A stretch of 63,569 nt of DNA, counting the filler, from Reticulomyxa filosa (Eukaryota; Protista; Foraminifera), in NCBI GenBank assembly GCA_000512085.1. It is 18 parts of 18 records of this genome, joined end to end, with 100 filler letters (N's around TTAATTAATTAA, not from the genome) between each part and the next. Parts side by side here need not be neighbours in the genome. Positions count along the whole stretch, not along the records: positions 22,503 to 40,560 come from ASPP01005451.1; positions 40,661 to 41,963 come from ASPP01025979.1; positions 42,064 to 44,467 come from ASPP01012289.1; positions 44,568 to 45,882 come from ASPP01010112.1; positions 45,983 to 47,333 come from ASPP01015747.1; positions 47,434 to 49,252 come from ASPP01018271.1; positions 49,353 to 51,649 come from ASPP01014276.1; positions 51,750 to 55,572 come from ASPP01027399.1; 10 more parts are not named here. One strand, given 5' to 3'. Under the pieces are notes generated by a model. The model was not told the origin of the DNA, did not search any database, and was given only the letters and a program-made list of their open reading frames with translations. This document shows positions 40,169 to 52,625 of the stretch, piece after piece. Position numbers and translations under genes: made by a program. Position 1 is the stretch's first letter; every line of letters begins with the position of its first letter.

Positions 40169-40660
40169 TGCTGCTTATTGAAGAAAAATCGAAATGAACA
40201 GGGACCCTTGCCACTTTTTTGAGGAAAAACAAAAATTTGTTTCTTTGTGGAAAGATTTTTATCGGTGCTAACATTAGTTTTCACGTCTTTTACTTTGAAC
40301 AGATTGTTTTGATCACTAGCAGATTGAAAAACTTTGTTAAAAACCTTTACTTTCGAGTTGCGACAAAATTGCATGTTCAACAGACCATGAGAGGGGATAG
40401 CCAGAAAGACATACAATAGTCTCTAAGCCTGATACTGAACTTTTCGAAGTATCTTGACAAACTCATGCAAAGTAAAGAGGTTGAAAATGTTCCGCTGCCC
40501 GCTTTTGGTGATCATGTAGTAATGATATTTTGTTCACGCTTTTAGTTTAATTTTTTTTTTNNNNNNNNNNNNNNNNNNNNNNNNNNNNNNNNNNNNNNNN
40601 NNNNTTAATTAATTAANNNNNNNNNNNNNNNNNNNNNNNNNNNNNNNNNNNNNNNNNNNN

Positions 40661-41499
40661 ATTTGAAATCCTTCATCAAATTGTTTTTCGTTTGATTTCA
40701 TTAGTATTGTTTCAAGTGATTTTTTGCATGAACGTTGGACTATCAAACTTTTGTCATTGCAGCCATCGATCAAACCATTCAAAGCATTAGTTAATTGTTT
40801 TTCATTCAATTTCATTGCAAATTTTTCAAGTAGTTCTGCACAATTAGAACAAATTTCTTTGTCTATATCTCTGATACAATCACACTTTTGCTCGATGGAC
40901 TCATTGACATTTTTTTCTTTATGTTTCATTAAGATAGCCTCAGATATTGCATAAATTTGTGTATTTGTGCGATTTTGTTTCAATTTCGTCCAAAGTTTCT
41001 CGAGGGCATCGATACAATATTTACGAACAAATGCGTTTTCATCATCACTTAATCCATTCTTCAAACACTTCAAAGTGCAATCCAATTGCATTGAATCCAT
41101 TCTAATTGCAATTCTTCCAAGGGATTCTGCACACGACATACGAACCAATATATCTTCACTTTTATTATTGAATCGACTAAGCAGACATTGGAAAGTGATA
41201 TTCAATTGCATTTTATTCCATTTCGTTAATGTTATTCCAAGTGTTTCTACGCACACAGATTGAACTCCTTTGGCTACATCTGTGAGTCCATTCAGCAAAT
41301 AGTTGAAAGCATTATCCACCTGTTTGAAGTTCAATTCCAATGACAAAAATCTTTGAATTGCTTGCGCACATAAATATCGGATATCCCTATTTTTGTGTTT
41401 GGGTCCATTCTTTAGTAGATACATCAAGATTTTGTTCAATTGTGTTTGGTGCCATTTCATTGGCATTTCATTGACATTTCCACCAACAAGCCAGAACAT
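40661..41499 (-). CDS. HEAT/PBS-lyase-like repeat protein fragment
   Basis: About 39-aa repeats of the pattern QLDxxFxCLxNGLxD...VRxxCAExLGxI. Confidence 0.8.
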
Positions 41500-42086
41500 A
41501 CTTTGAAGATGTAGCGTCTTATACTATAACACATAGATTGTCTTTTGATGAAAAAAAAGTAAAAAAAAGCATCAAACATGCGACAAAGCATGTTTGATGA
41601 GTTTCGATAATTAGTTCACTTTCAATCTGTTTCTAGATTAATAAAATATCTTTAGTCACGTACTTGACAACGTTGACATTTTCTTAAACTAGTTTCCTTC
41701 CTCTTAAAAAAGACAGGTAACTCATTCGAGAAAGCAGACAACGAGCTTGTCCCTTTTTGTCCAAAGACAAACATTATACATACAAAAATAAAAAAACTGG
41801 AACTAAGCTCCCCTTTGTGATACGTTGTTTTGATTGATAATGTTATATAATCTTTTTAATAAAAATGAATCAATAACACAATAACTAGCTTATCTGATCA
41901 TCATTAAATCAAAAAAAACAATTTTTATTTTTATGAACAAAAACAGGATCATTTTTAAAAATANNNNNNNNNNNNNNNNNNNNNNNNNNNNNNNNNNNNN
42001 NNNNNNNTTAATTAATTAANNNNNNNNNNNNNNNNNNNNNNNNNNNNNNNNNNNNNNNNNNNNGCCATTCTAATTCCTTTCTTCTC

Positions 42087-42106
42087 CTTAACTTGACGCG
42101 TATGGG
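42087..42106. mobile_element. Possible IS terminal inverted repeat (IS4-family-like end) at the contig edge
   Basis: CTTAACTTGACGCGTATGGG resembles IS4-family termini as I recall them; no transposase on this side within the contig. Confidence 0.35.
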
Positions 42107-42349
42107 AGCATATACAGTTGAGAGTATAAATTGCAACGTCAGGCATTATCTGGCTAGATTTAGGCGCTGGTCAAGATGCTATTCAAAATCTCCAGCTATG
42201 GTTGAATTAGCCATAGTCTTCTTATTTGAAGAAGACTTGTTGATGTATCTTTAAGGTAGCAATCCCTTATTAATAATTGCACATTTAGCAATACTTATGC
42301 AGCTGGTAGTAATATCCTCTCTTTAGTCGGAGGAGTTATTGGCCATACT

Positions 42350-43181
42350 TTGATGAGCGTTAGTATTGCTCAAATTAAAGAAGCAGCTGGAAGGCAAGCT
42401 ATTCCACTAGTGCCTGCCATAGCTACAACCGCAGTTAACACATCTATTACTGCAGTCAATGCTACTGTCAATGCTATAACAATGATTGCTGGTTCAACAT
42501 ATACTAGTTTGGCAGCTATACATCCTCTCATCCCTCCTTTAATGATAGTTGCTACAGGAATAGGAATTGCTGGTAGTTTATATTATCTTAATAGAAGTGC
42601 AAAGAAAGCTGAGTCTGATCCTGAAAAAGGAGATCCTGATAAATCACAATTAGCTAGTGTTCATAGACAGCCAGTTGACCAAGACGCTAAAGCAAAAGTA
42701 CTAAAGAGAAAAGCAACTCCACCTGCTAGAGTTGGTGCAGGTAAACCTCCAGCGAAAAAGAGAAGCCGCGAGGAAGTTGATATAGTACAAAATGAAGCAG
42801 AAGAAGTAATTGAAGCTGAATCTGCTGGTGTGGAAGCAGAAAGTACTAATCCTTTATTGAGCAAAAAAAATCAACTCAAGAGAAAAAAGATCACGCAAAG
42901 ATGCTCATGTTACGCCAATGAGTACTCCAGCTGATAGTAGAGCAACTCCTACTCCTTGGTCGTCTCGAGTTACAAGATCGAAAAGCAGTGTAAAAATAGC
43001 ACATCATATTGATTCTGCTCAAGCAGAAGCAGTTGACGAAATGAATATATCAGACGATGAGCAAAATTTTAGTAATAAAGAATACAGCTTAAAAATAAAA
43101 CCCCCTTCAAGTAATATTAGAAGATATACTAGTTCTAAAGGAGACGTTGGATCACCTTATAAGGGAATAGCTAGAAGATAA
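42350..43181 (+). CDS. Bacterial hypothetical protein with a hydrophobic segment and a basic disordered tail; probably one frameshifted gene
   Basis: ORFs 42350-42934 and 42918-43181 overlap downstream of A-runs; TM-like LIPPLMIVATGIGIAGSLYYL; intronless. Confidence 0.55.
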
Positions 43182-43260
43182 TTTCAATTACTTGCAATGT
43201 ATTCATAATACTTTATAACATTGTAAATATTTTTATGCATTAGCTGTACCTAAAATATTT

Positions 43261-44093
43261 ATGGAAGTTATTAAAAATTCTAAAGCTAAAATTAATCTCT
43301 TTTTAGAAGTTACTGGTAAAGATAAAAATGGATATCATTTATTAGAGAGTTATTTCGCTCTTTTAAGACTTGCAGATAAAGTGATTCTTAAATCACTAGA
43401 TCAACTTAAATGTGATGTTAAAGGTGAAGATATAGAAGGGGAGAATATTGTCATCAAGGCAGTAAAAGCATTGTCAGAGTATGTAAAAATTCCTTTAAAC
43501 CCTTATTTTGAAATATTAAAAAAATACCGATAGCTGCAGTTTAGGTGGTGGGTCATCTAATGCTGCAAGCGTATTAAAAATATTAAACGAAAACCTCAAT
43601 TTAAAACTTTCGGAAAATGAATTGATGTCGATAGCGTTTAAAATAGGTACAGATGTTATCTTTTTTATTAAAGAAGAAGAATAGTTTTGTTAAAGGTGTC
43701 GGTGATATTGTAGTTCCAATGAAGTTAGATATAAAACTACCTTTGTTATTAGTTAATCCTAAAATTAAAATTTCTTCTAAGGACGTTTATAAAGTAAGTG
43801 TTAAAACTTTTAATCAAAGCCTAGGAAATGAAATTACTAAGGATCAAATAATTGATAAAATTTATAATGGAATAAATGCGTTAGAAATACCCGCAGCTTA
43901 TTTATTTCCTGATATTAATGCAGTGTTAAACATAATTAAAAAACAAACAGGATGTTTAGTATCAAGAATGTCTGGAAGTGGAAGTACTTGTTTTGGAATT
44001 TTTAAAAGTGAAGAATTAGCATTTGCAGCTCTAAACTCTTTGCAAAAAATTTATCCTGAATTTTGGTTTTACTACGAATTGCTTGAAATATAA
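43261..44093 (+). CDS. ispE: 4-diphosphocytidyl-2-C-methyl-D-erythritol kinase, frameshifted at homopolymers
   Basis: AKINLFLEVTGK...GYHLLES; IPIAA(G)LGGGSSNAA; IGTDV; RMSGSGSTCFGIF. Confidence 0.95.
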
Positions 44094-44164
44094 TATTCAA
44101 AGTTGCTTTAAAGAATTTAACCTAAATATTAATTGTTATTCCAATGTTATTAATGCATTACCAG

Positions 44165-44352
44165 TCAGAGCTTGGCTGTCTCCTTATTGAAATATTCATC
44201 TATTCTTCTTTTGGTTGCAGGGGTAGTATCCGTTGGCAGATTATCAATATTAAACCAACTGATTTCAGAAATTTCAGGTGAATGAGAAGGTACTATATCA
44301 AAATGATTACAAATGTAAAAAATGACGCAATCATCACGACCATCATATGCAT
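44165..44352 (-). pseudogene. NUDIX hydrolase C-terminal part, cut off by an IS end
   Basis: YDGRDDCVIFYICNHF...EISEISWFNIDNLPTDTTPATKRRIDEY*; the Nudix box and start are replaced by IS sequence. Confidence 0.65.
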
Positions 44353-44353
44353 T

Positions 44354-44467
44354 AGACTTCTTTCGAAACTCATAACTTCAGCTCCCAATTATAAAAAGCA
44401 GTAATAAGATTAAAACGTAGGCCAAACCTCTTTCTTCTATTGCGATACCGATCAGCAATAATCTTAA
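44354..44467 (-). mobile_element. IS5-family (ISL2/IS1381-like) element right end with transposase C-terminus
   Basis: KIIADRYRNRRKRFGLRFNLITAFYNWELKL* (stop at 44370), then terminal sequence GTTTCGAAAGAAGTCTA. Confidence 0.85.
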
Positions 44468-44567
44468 NNNNNNNNNNNNNNNNNNNNNNNNNNNNNNNNN
44501 NNNNNNNNNNNTTAATTAATTAANNNNNNNNNNNNNNNNNNNNNNNNNNNNNNNNNNNNNNNNNNNN

Positions 44568-45194
44568 CTGCCCGGTCTCAAGGTCGAGTTCGTGCCGGTC
44601 ACGACCGAGAACCGGCTCGACATGATCAAGCAGGGCAAGATCGACCTGCTCTGCGATTCGCTGACCGAGACGCTCGACCGCCGCGCCGTGGTCGATTTCT
44701 CCATCACCACTTTCGTCGACGGCACCAGCTTCGCCATCCGCAACGACGGCCCGCGCGACATGCAGGATCTCGCCGGCAAGAAGGTCGGCGCCGTTGCCGG
44801 TACATTGACCGAGGAGGAACTGCGCAAGGCGCTGGCCTCGATCCAGGTCAAAGCCACGGTCGTGCCCTTCACCGACTTCACGGCGGCCATGACGGCGCTG
44901 GAGAAGGGCGAGATTTCCGCCTACTTCGCCGGCGGCGCGATGCTCACCGCGATGATCAAGGACCACAAGGACGCGGCCAAGATCCTGCTGGCGAACACCT
45001 ATCTCAGCCTGGAGCCCTTCGCGCTCGCCATGAAGCTGGGCGAAGGCCCCTTCCGCCTCGCGGTCGACCGGGCCCTGAGCCACATCTACCGGTCGGGCCA
45101 GATCGCCACGATCTTCGGCAACGTGTTCGGCAAGAATGCACGGCCGACACAACAGCTCCAGACTCTCTACATGATCGCGACCTTGCCGGAGTGA
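44568..45194 (+). CDS. Amino-acid ABC transporter substrate-binding protein (GltI-like), 5' truncated
   Basis: VPVTTENRLDMIKQGKIDLLC...TLDRRAVVDFS...DLAGKKVG...EPFAL...FRLAVDRALSHIYRSG; GC-rich codon usage. Confidence 0.9.
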   Translation: MPGLKVEFVPVTTENRLDMIKQGKIDLLCDSLTETLDRRAVVDFSITTFVDGTSFAIRNDGPRDMQDLAGKKVGAVAGTLTEEELRKALASIQVKATVVPFTDFTAAMTALEKGEISAYFAGGAMLTAMIKDHKDAAKILLANTYLSLEPFALAMKLGEGPFRLAVDRALSHIYRSGQIATIFGNVFGKNARPTQQLQTLYMIATLPE

Positions 45195-45217
45195 GCCGCA
45201 GGGCCCATCTCCCTCCC

Positions 45218-45882
45218 ATGTCACGCCCCTTCCGCCTTTCTGTCCTCGACCAGTCGATCGCCGTCTCCGGCCGGCCGCAGGCCAGTCGATCCGCAATACC
45301 GTGTCGCTCGCCCGGCACTGCGAGGTGCTGGGCTACGACCGCTTCTGGGTATCGGAACATCACAACCATCCGACCATCGTCGGCACCGCGCCCGAGATCG
45401 TGATGGCGGCGATTGCCGCCACGACCGAGCGCATCCGGATCGGCAGCGCCGGCATCATGCTGCCGCATTATTCGCCGTTCAAAGTCGCCGAGGTCTTCCG
45501 CGTGCTCGACGCGCTGGCGCCGGGCCGCATCGACATGGGCCTCGGTCGCGCGCCGGGGTCCGACGGTCGCACTGCCTTCGCGCTCAATCCCGCGGCCAAC
45601 GAACGGCCCGAGCATTTCCCCGCCGACGTGCGAGACCTGATCGCCTGGGTCCACAACGAACCGCTGATCGAACGCCATCCCTTCGCAACGGTGAAGGCTT
45701 TCCCGCAAAGCGACACGGCGCCCGAGGTCTGGATTCTCGGCAGTTCGGACTATGGCGCGCAGGTCGCGGCCCTGTTCGGCCTGCCCTACTGCTATGCCTG
45801 GTTCTTCAGCGACGGCGCCGGCGGCGAGCGCGCCATCGACCTCTACAAGAAGAACTACCGGCCCAGCGCGCGCCATCCCAAG
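45218..45882 (+). CDS. LLM-class flavin-dependent (luciferase-like) oxidoreductase; 3' truncated, one frameshift near 45281
   Basis: LSVLDQS...LGYDRFWVSEHHN...IRIGSAGIMLPHYSPFKVAE...GRIDMGLGRAPG...WILGSSDYGA. Confidence 0.92.
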
Positions 45883-46192
45883 NNNNNNNNNNNNNNNNNN
45901 NNNNNNNNNNNNNNNNNNNNNNNNNNTTAATTAATTAANNNNNNNNNNNNNNNNNNNNNNNNNNNNNNNNNNNNNNNNNNNNTTTCTCCAAAAGCCTCTT
46001 GTCCAATTGGTTCGTTGCTTGTTTTACTCTTTTTTTTTTTTTAAAAAAAAATAATAATAACAATAATAATTTTGTGTTTTTGTATATCAATATTATCGAT
46101 ACATGAAATGACTCAGCACGCGTTCCAAAACCTGTTTTGCCACCTCATATGCGATTGAAAGCAAATAATAATCTCTTTTTAACTTTTCGCAG

Positions 46193-46636
46193 TCAACCGG
46201 ACCATATTGAAGCCTCTTCCTTGCTCATGGCAAAATGGGAAACTATCTTTGTTGAATCTGTTTTGCGCAATGCTTCTGTTTATTGGGTGTTCTTGCGAAC
46301 TGCCAATGGCAAATATATTACACCTTTTGCAGTTGAAAAAAAAAGGGGGGGGGGGAGGGAAACAAAAAAATAAAAAATAAAAACTTAATGTAAAAGTTGT
46401 TAATGCAATCATAGGATGGCAGACTAAATTTCACTTCGGAACATGAGCAAAAGAAAAGTGTTTGGAGCATTCACATTCACAGAAAAGATCTTATTTCCAT
46501 ACAATCTCATTATTATCATCAGTGGCTCCGAATTAATCCTAAAAAAGGCTGGTTGTTGTGCGACTGCAAATTAGATAACTTTGGCTTCAAAAACACCGAA
46601 ACAATGTTTGAGATTTGTCCATGGGCCGTTATCTAA
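46193..46636 (+). CDS. C-terminal exons of a probable fascin-like beta-trefoil protein (46193-46331, 46415-46636)
   Basis: WETIFVE...VFLRTANGKYITPFA|DGRLNFTSEHEQKKSVWSI...ISIQSHYYHQWLRI...ETMFEI; GT-AG splice keeps the frame. Confidence 0.55.
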
Positions 46637-47433
46637 GTACTTGCTCTGCTCTTTTTTTTCCCATTGTATTTCATCACCACGACAAACATTTTTGTGTTTC
46701 ATGTGCATGTAGTCACTATCAAACAACAATCTATTACCAGTGCTCGTGTTAGCACTTTTTGTGAGAAAGAAAGATAAGTAGTACAATAAGTATACCAAAA
46801 AATAAAATAATTAAACTTTATCATCCAATTTAATTGTTTTTCTTCAATTCAACAAAAAAATTGTCATCTACAAATCTTTTTTAAATTGCTATTTTGGACA
46901 AAAAGTTGTCTGATTATCTAAAGATTTTGCTGCTGGATCTACTAAAACACAGAATTACATTCTATTTAAGACCACAAAAAAAAGAAAACGTACCTTAATC
47001 AGCCGTAAGCAAAATTAAGACGACCATGTTGTTTCCCCTTCGTTTAAGATCTTGGTGAAAAAACAATAATAAATAATAAACATGAGTGATTTTCCTTTAA
47101 AAATGTACGAAAAAAGTGAAATTGATTTTGTTTCATTTTTCTATTGATGAAGATAAAAGACATAGTGATGTGTGTTGTGCAAAGAAAAAAAGAAGAGTTT
47201 AGGGACGTGATTGAAGCACAATTGGATACAATCCGAGCAATGACGGGCGAGCCAATGTAATGGATTCGTTTAATATTTGACCAATTAACGGTGAATGTAA
47301 TGCCTGGCAAAATGATTTTTGTTTGTTTGTTTGNNNNNNNNNNNNNNNNNNNNNNNNNNNNNNNNNNNNNNNNNNNNTTAATTAATTAANNNNNNNNNNN
47401 NNNNNNNNNNNNNNNNNNNNNNNNNNNNNNNNN

Positions 47434-48832
47434 GCACGCTGTGGTCGGTGTCCTGCTGGCTTTGCTGCAGCTGCAGGTTGGCCACGCCGATGTCGCGCGA
47501 CGAGTGCAGTACCAGCCGCAGCGTGCACTCAAGATTATCGATGAAGCTGTCTATCCAGCGCGATAGTGTGGACAGCTCGTCCGGCTGGCTGTCGTTGCGC
47601 TGCAGGCGTCGGGTGAGGTCGCCATCGCCTTCGGCCAGGCTGCGTACCGCCTGGATCAGCCCCATCACCCGTTGGGTGACGTGACGGGCGCCCAGCCAGT
47701 AAAAGCCGGCCACGCCCAGCCCTTGCAGTAGCCAGAACAGCAGTAGCGATACTGGCGCCGGCAGCCCACCGTACTGGCTGATGCCCCAGCCGGCCAGCCC
47801 GGCCGGGATGGCGGTCAACAGGTAGAGCCGGGTCAGGCGGTAGCCCAGTGGCCGGCTGCGATAAACCTCTTCCAGGTCGGCCTCGCACATCATGCCCCAC
47901 AGGTCGGGCGAGCCGGGCAGGCGGAAGGTAATGCCGCTGCCGATCACCGGGATGTGCCGGTAGTCGGCGTAGCCGGGGTAGTGCACGAAAGTGTTGCTGC
48001 CGTGGCGGATGGTTTCGCGCACACCAGGGTGCAGCTGGCCGCTGGCAGGGTTGCTGAATACCAGTTCCAGCTCGGTGTGCTGTTGCACACGCACGGTGCC
48101 GTAGGCGGTGTGCACGCCGTCTTTCAGGTTGTCGCCCAGGCTGAACGTCTTGTCCTCGAAGCGCGAGCGCGACAGCGCGGTACCGGGGGCGATGCCGGGG
48201 TCGAAGCCGGGCTTGGCCATGAACAGGTAGTTGTCGCCCGATTCGTGAAAGATATGCCCGGCTTCTCGCTGGATCAGGTCGCCCAGCACGTCGTTGGGCA
48301 CGCGGCCGCACAGTGCGTGGCGGCCATCGCTGCCCAGACGGCAGGTAGAACATCAGCGTTACCGCGTCGTGAAAGCGCGAGCTGGACGGGCCGATGCTGG
48401 CGGTGAGCGGGTCGCGGTAGGGGCCGTGCAGGAAGCGGCTGCGCAGCCCGGCCTGCAGTGCGTCAGCAAAGTCGTGGCGGCGCGGTGTGCCGTGGGTGGA
48501 GGCCACCACCTGGCCGTCGTCTGCTACCACGAACAGCTCGGAAAATCGCCGGCCAGCTGCTTGCGCCGTTGCAGCAGCGCGGGGTCAAAGCGGCCTGCCG
48601 TGTCGAGCTGGCTGGCCAGTGCGGCCAGGTGTGCCCATTGCTCGTTGGCCCAGCGCAGCAGGATGTCGCGCCGGGTGGAGGCCAGGCTGGCGAATACCTG
48701 CTCCAGCGCCTCGTAACGGTGCCGGTTCAGCAGGCTGCTCCAGCGTAGTGCCAGTTTGCCATTACGCCCGCGCCACGGTAGCCAGCGCCGCTCATCGGGT
48801 GCAAGTGCCATGTCCTTGCTGGTTCTTGTCAT
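47434..48832 (-). CDS. Methyl-accepting chemotaxis protein (Cache-like sensor, TM hairpin, HAMP); 3' truncated, frameshifted at about 48330-48550
   Basis: Sensor region SSSRFHDAVTLMFY..PNDVLGDLIQREAGHIF; HAMP VRSLAEGDGDLTRRL...DELSTLSRWIDSFIDNL. Confidence 0.88.
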
Positions 48833-49052
48833 GCTATGTGTGCCCTGTTGTTGGTTTGTTTTTTGTCTGGCACAGCAAGAACCAAGCCAAATATCGATAA
48901 ATACTTGGTTAAAATGGCGGGTGAGTGAGATGGATTGGTGTGAAATCGAAAAAAGTTGTTTCAGTTTCGATACTTGCTCGCCAGGGTGATGTGCGCTGGA
49001 TGTCATGTCCAACCCGCCGCCCACGCGGCGAACCTGCCGGCGCGGCCATGAA

Positions 49053-49077
49053 AAAACGCACCACGGGGGTGCGTTTT
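49053..49077. terminator. Intrinsic terminator hairpin downstream of the fliW-like gene
   Basis: AAAACGCACC-acggg-GGTGCGTTTT, with a T-run on the minus strand. Confidence 0.8.
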
Positions 49078-49095
49078 GCCTTGAAATGGTGCGGC

Positions 49096-49252
49096 TTAGT
49101 GGTTGTGGAACACGATGTCGCAGTTCAGGTTGTTCTTTTGCATGCCGCGCTGGTTGCTGAGGTTGAGGATCAGCGGGTTGCGCACGTTGGCGCGCAGCTG
49201 GGCGATCACCGGGTTGGCCTCTTCGGTATCCAGTTCGCGGTAGATGATCAGC
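49096..49252 (-). CDS. fliW: Probable flagellar assembly factor FliW C-terminus, 5' truncated
   Basis: LIIYRE...LRANVRNPLILNLSNQRGMQK resembles the FliW motif ANLxAPIxINxxxxxGxQ; next to an MCP gene. Confidence 0.55.
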
Positions 49253-49574
49253 NNNNNNNNNNNNNNNNNNNNNNNNNNNNNNNNNNNNNNNNNNNNTTAA
49301 TTAATTAANNNNNNNNNNNNNNNNNNNNNNNNNNNNNNNNNNNNNNNNNNNNTTTTTTTTTTTTTTTTTTGCGTGTTGCACACGAAAATGCAAGAATATG
49401 TTGACCATCACTCCCCCTTTCAAAAAAAAAAAAAAAAAATGTTTTGAATTGTCAAAAGTTCGAACAATGACTTGTTTTAAATTTTTAAAAAAAAATAGTG
49501 CAAAAAAAAAAGAGAATGTGTCTTTTAAATTTTTTTTTTTGAAAATGAGTCATTTTGCAACTTGGAAGTAGTGA

Positions 49575-49947
49575 CTTGGTCAGGGAGACTGGACGACGGC
49601 AACGGGGGCGAAGGGTCATTAGTGCTGCCACTGTCGTTTTTATCCATTTTTTTGGTAGTGCAAGTCCCTATTGTTTGCTCGGCCATTGACCATGTGTCAT
49701 GATGCACTTTAGGGAGTGGCTCGTCCAATGTGTAATGCAACAACACGTCACAAGGAGAAAACGTGGCACTTTGGTCAATCATTGGCCCAACACAAGGACT
49801 GCTACCAGTTGCGGCGTTTGACGAAAACGTCGCGTATTGCAATTTAAAATTGCTATGAAGTATGAAATTTTTCTTTAAACCTCTGTGACAAAACGAAGAC
49901 AGTCCACATTTTGGGTATCTTTTAGTCAGAAATGGGTATCTATGCAT
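49575..49947 (-). CDS. First exon of a hypothetical protein with a mitochondrial-presequence-like N-terminus
   Basis: MHRYPFLTKRYPKCGLSSFCHRGLKK... is basic and acid-free; no domain recognised. Confidence 0.35.
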
Positions 49948-50876
49948 CAATGTTTTTTTTAATTTAAGTTCCCCTGTTGACAGTTCAGTGCTCTAAGGAC
50001 AAACATAAAAAAGTCAGCAAATATGTGAAACCAACATACTTTTACATTATATCACAATCCCAAATACAACAAAGTATCGCTTTCATCTTTTCTGCATCGA
50101 ATTATTATAACATATATATTTCTTGACTAAATTGTTTTTTTCGCTTACGTCTTGTGAAAAGACATTTACAGTCTTGAGCGTTCTAAAATTTTCGATTGAT
50201 CACAATTTAAATTATGTTGAAGTATGACCTTATTAGCACACTCAACAATAGCTACACGAAATTAATATGGATACACAAAAACTTTTTTGAATTATTACTA
50301 TTTTGACAAAAGATCATTAGTCAAAACTAAATAAATTTTTTTTGCAAAATATTTGTCTTAGAACAATGCACTAACTTGTTTAAAAATTTCAAATAAAAAA
50401 AAGTGTTTTGCATGTTCATATAAATGTAGTTTTATTTATTTTAAAAAAACAGTTTAAATAGAATTTTTTGTGAAAATTTAGCTCGACTGATAAAAACATT
50501 GTTGTATAGTTTTACAATGAATGCATTTATAAAAAATACAAAAACATAATTTTGATTTTTTCATTCATAAATATAATAAAATAAAATTTAAAAAAAATCA
50601 TATTTCATTTGTTGATAATTCTTTTTTTCTTTCAAAAAGTTTTTTATTTTCAATTTAAATAAATGTTTAGATCCACAAAAAAAAGAACATTCATCACACT
50701 TTTTAAAATAATTTTTTGACATTATAAGTAATATAATCATGTTGGATAATCACGTTTATTTCTCTTTCAAAATGTTGAAACAAGTATTTTTTGCCAAGAT
50801 ATATTTTTGTTGCGATTGCTATCGGTATATTTAGTAGTTCAGTTTTTAAAGAGTCACAAACAAAAAGAAATAAAAG

Positions 50877-51596
<720 letters not shown>

Positions 51597-52625
51597 GTAA
51601 TTTTTTTTTTTTTTTTTTTGTTTGTACAAAAATTATAAAAAAAAAAAAANNNNNNNNNNNNNNNNNNNNNNNNNNNNNNNNNNNNNNNNNNNNTTAATTA
51701 ATTAANNNNNNNNNNNNNNNNNNNNNNNNNNNNNNNNNNNNNNNNNNNNAAACATTAAATTTTTCAAACCTCTGAAGAAAAAGAAAAATAAAAAACTTTT
51801 CAAATAAATGCAAGACATAAGATAGTACAGCATAGAGGAAAGACAGTCTGTGATTTGTTCTATGTATCTACAAAATTATTTTTACGTTAGCTCTTTTCAA
51901 TAAAGAGATACATCAGCCAAGTAATTTTGTTCACATGTTAGACTGTTGCCATTTTTTCAAATGCAGTCTTTTATTGATAGGTGCTAAAAAAATTGGAGTA
52001 TTTTTTACAATTTCAACCAAAAGCAGATTGAAAAAAACCTTAAAAAAACAATCTTGATCTTCCTAGATCGCTTTTGACACTTAATTACAGAGTTATCTAT
52101 AATAGGGACACAAATTTATTGATTTCAAAAGACACAAGGATAACCTATCATAACAATTCGCAATTTGAAGTATTTTATAATTACCATTGAAACACAATGT
52201 TCATTTTTAAGCAACTTACTACTTTCAAAATTTTAATTCAAAGAAGTGATAGTGTGAATCACTTAATTAGAACACAATGAACGAGGTTTCAGGTAGGCCT
52301 TTTATTCAATTCTCTCTCATTAAATAACTTAACATATTTAAAAATCATTTCATCAAAGTTATACATTTGTCGTTTTTAATAATATTCTTAAATTGTCAAT
52401 GTTCCATCTGCAGTAATTCACAATTGGATAAAATATTTATAAGTGATCAATATAATTCATTTCAATGTACATTTAGTGATCAAAAGAGCTGTCCTCACTT
52501 TGCTGCATTATTTAAAAAGATTTCAATTTTAAAATAACATGTTCTTCAAAACAAAAAAGAAATACATCAGTTTTTTGTCTTATTGTTTTTCTCACTTCTT
52601 CTTTTGCCTGTTTTAATCATAAAGC

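Noticed and set aside
43515-43670. Programmed frameshifting or pseudogenisation of ispE (also the shifts at about 36600, 45281 and 48330-48550)
   Set aside because: The shifts I traced sit in or next to homopolymer runs and occur in unrelated organisms while motifs stay intact; most likely sequencing error, though not excluded without reads
40661-49252. Bacterial genes interleaved with eukaryotic genes as an HGT island
   Set aside because: Every transition coincides with a linker; there is no physical linkage
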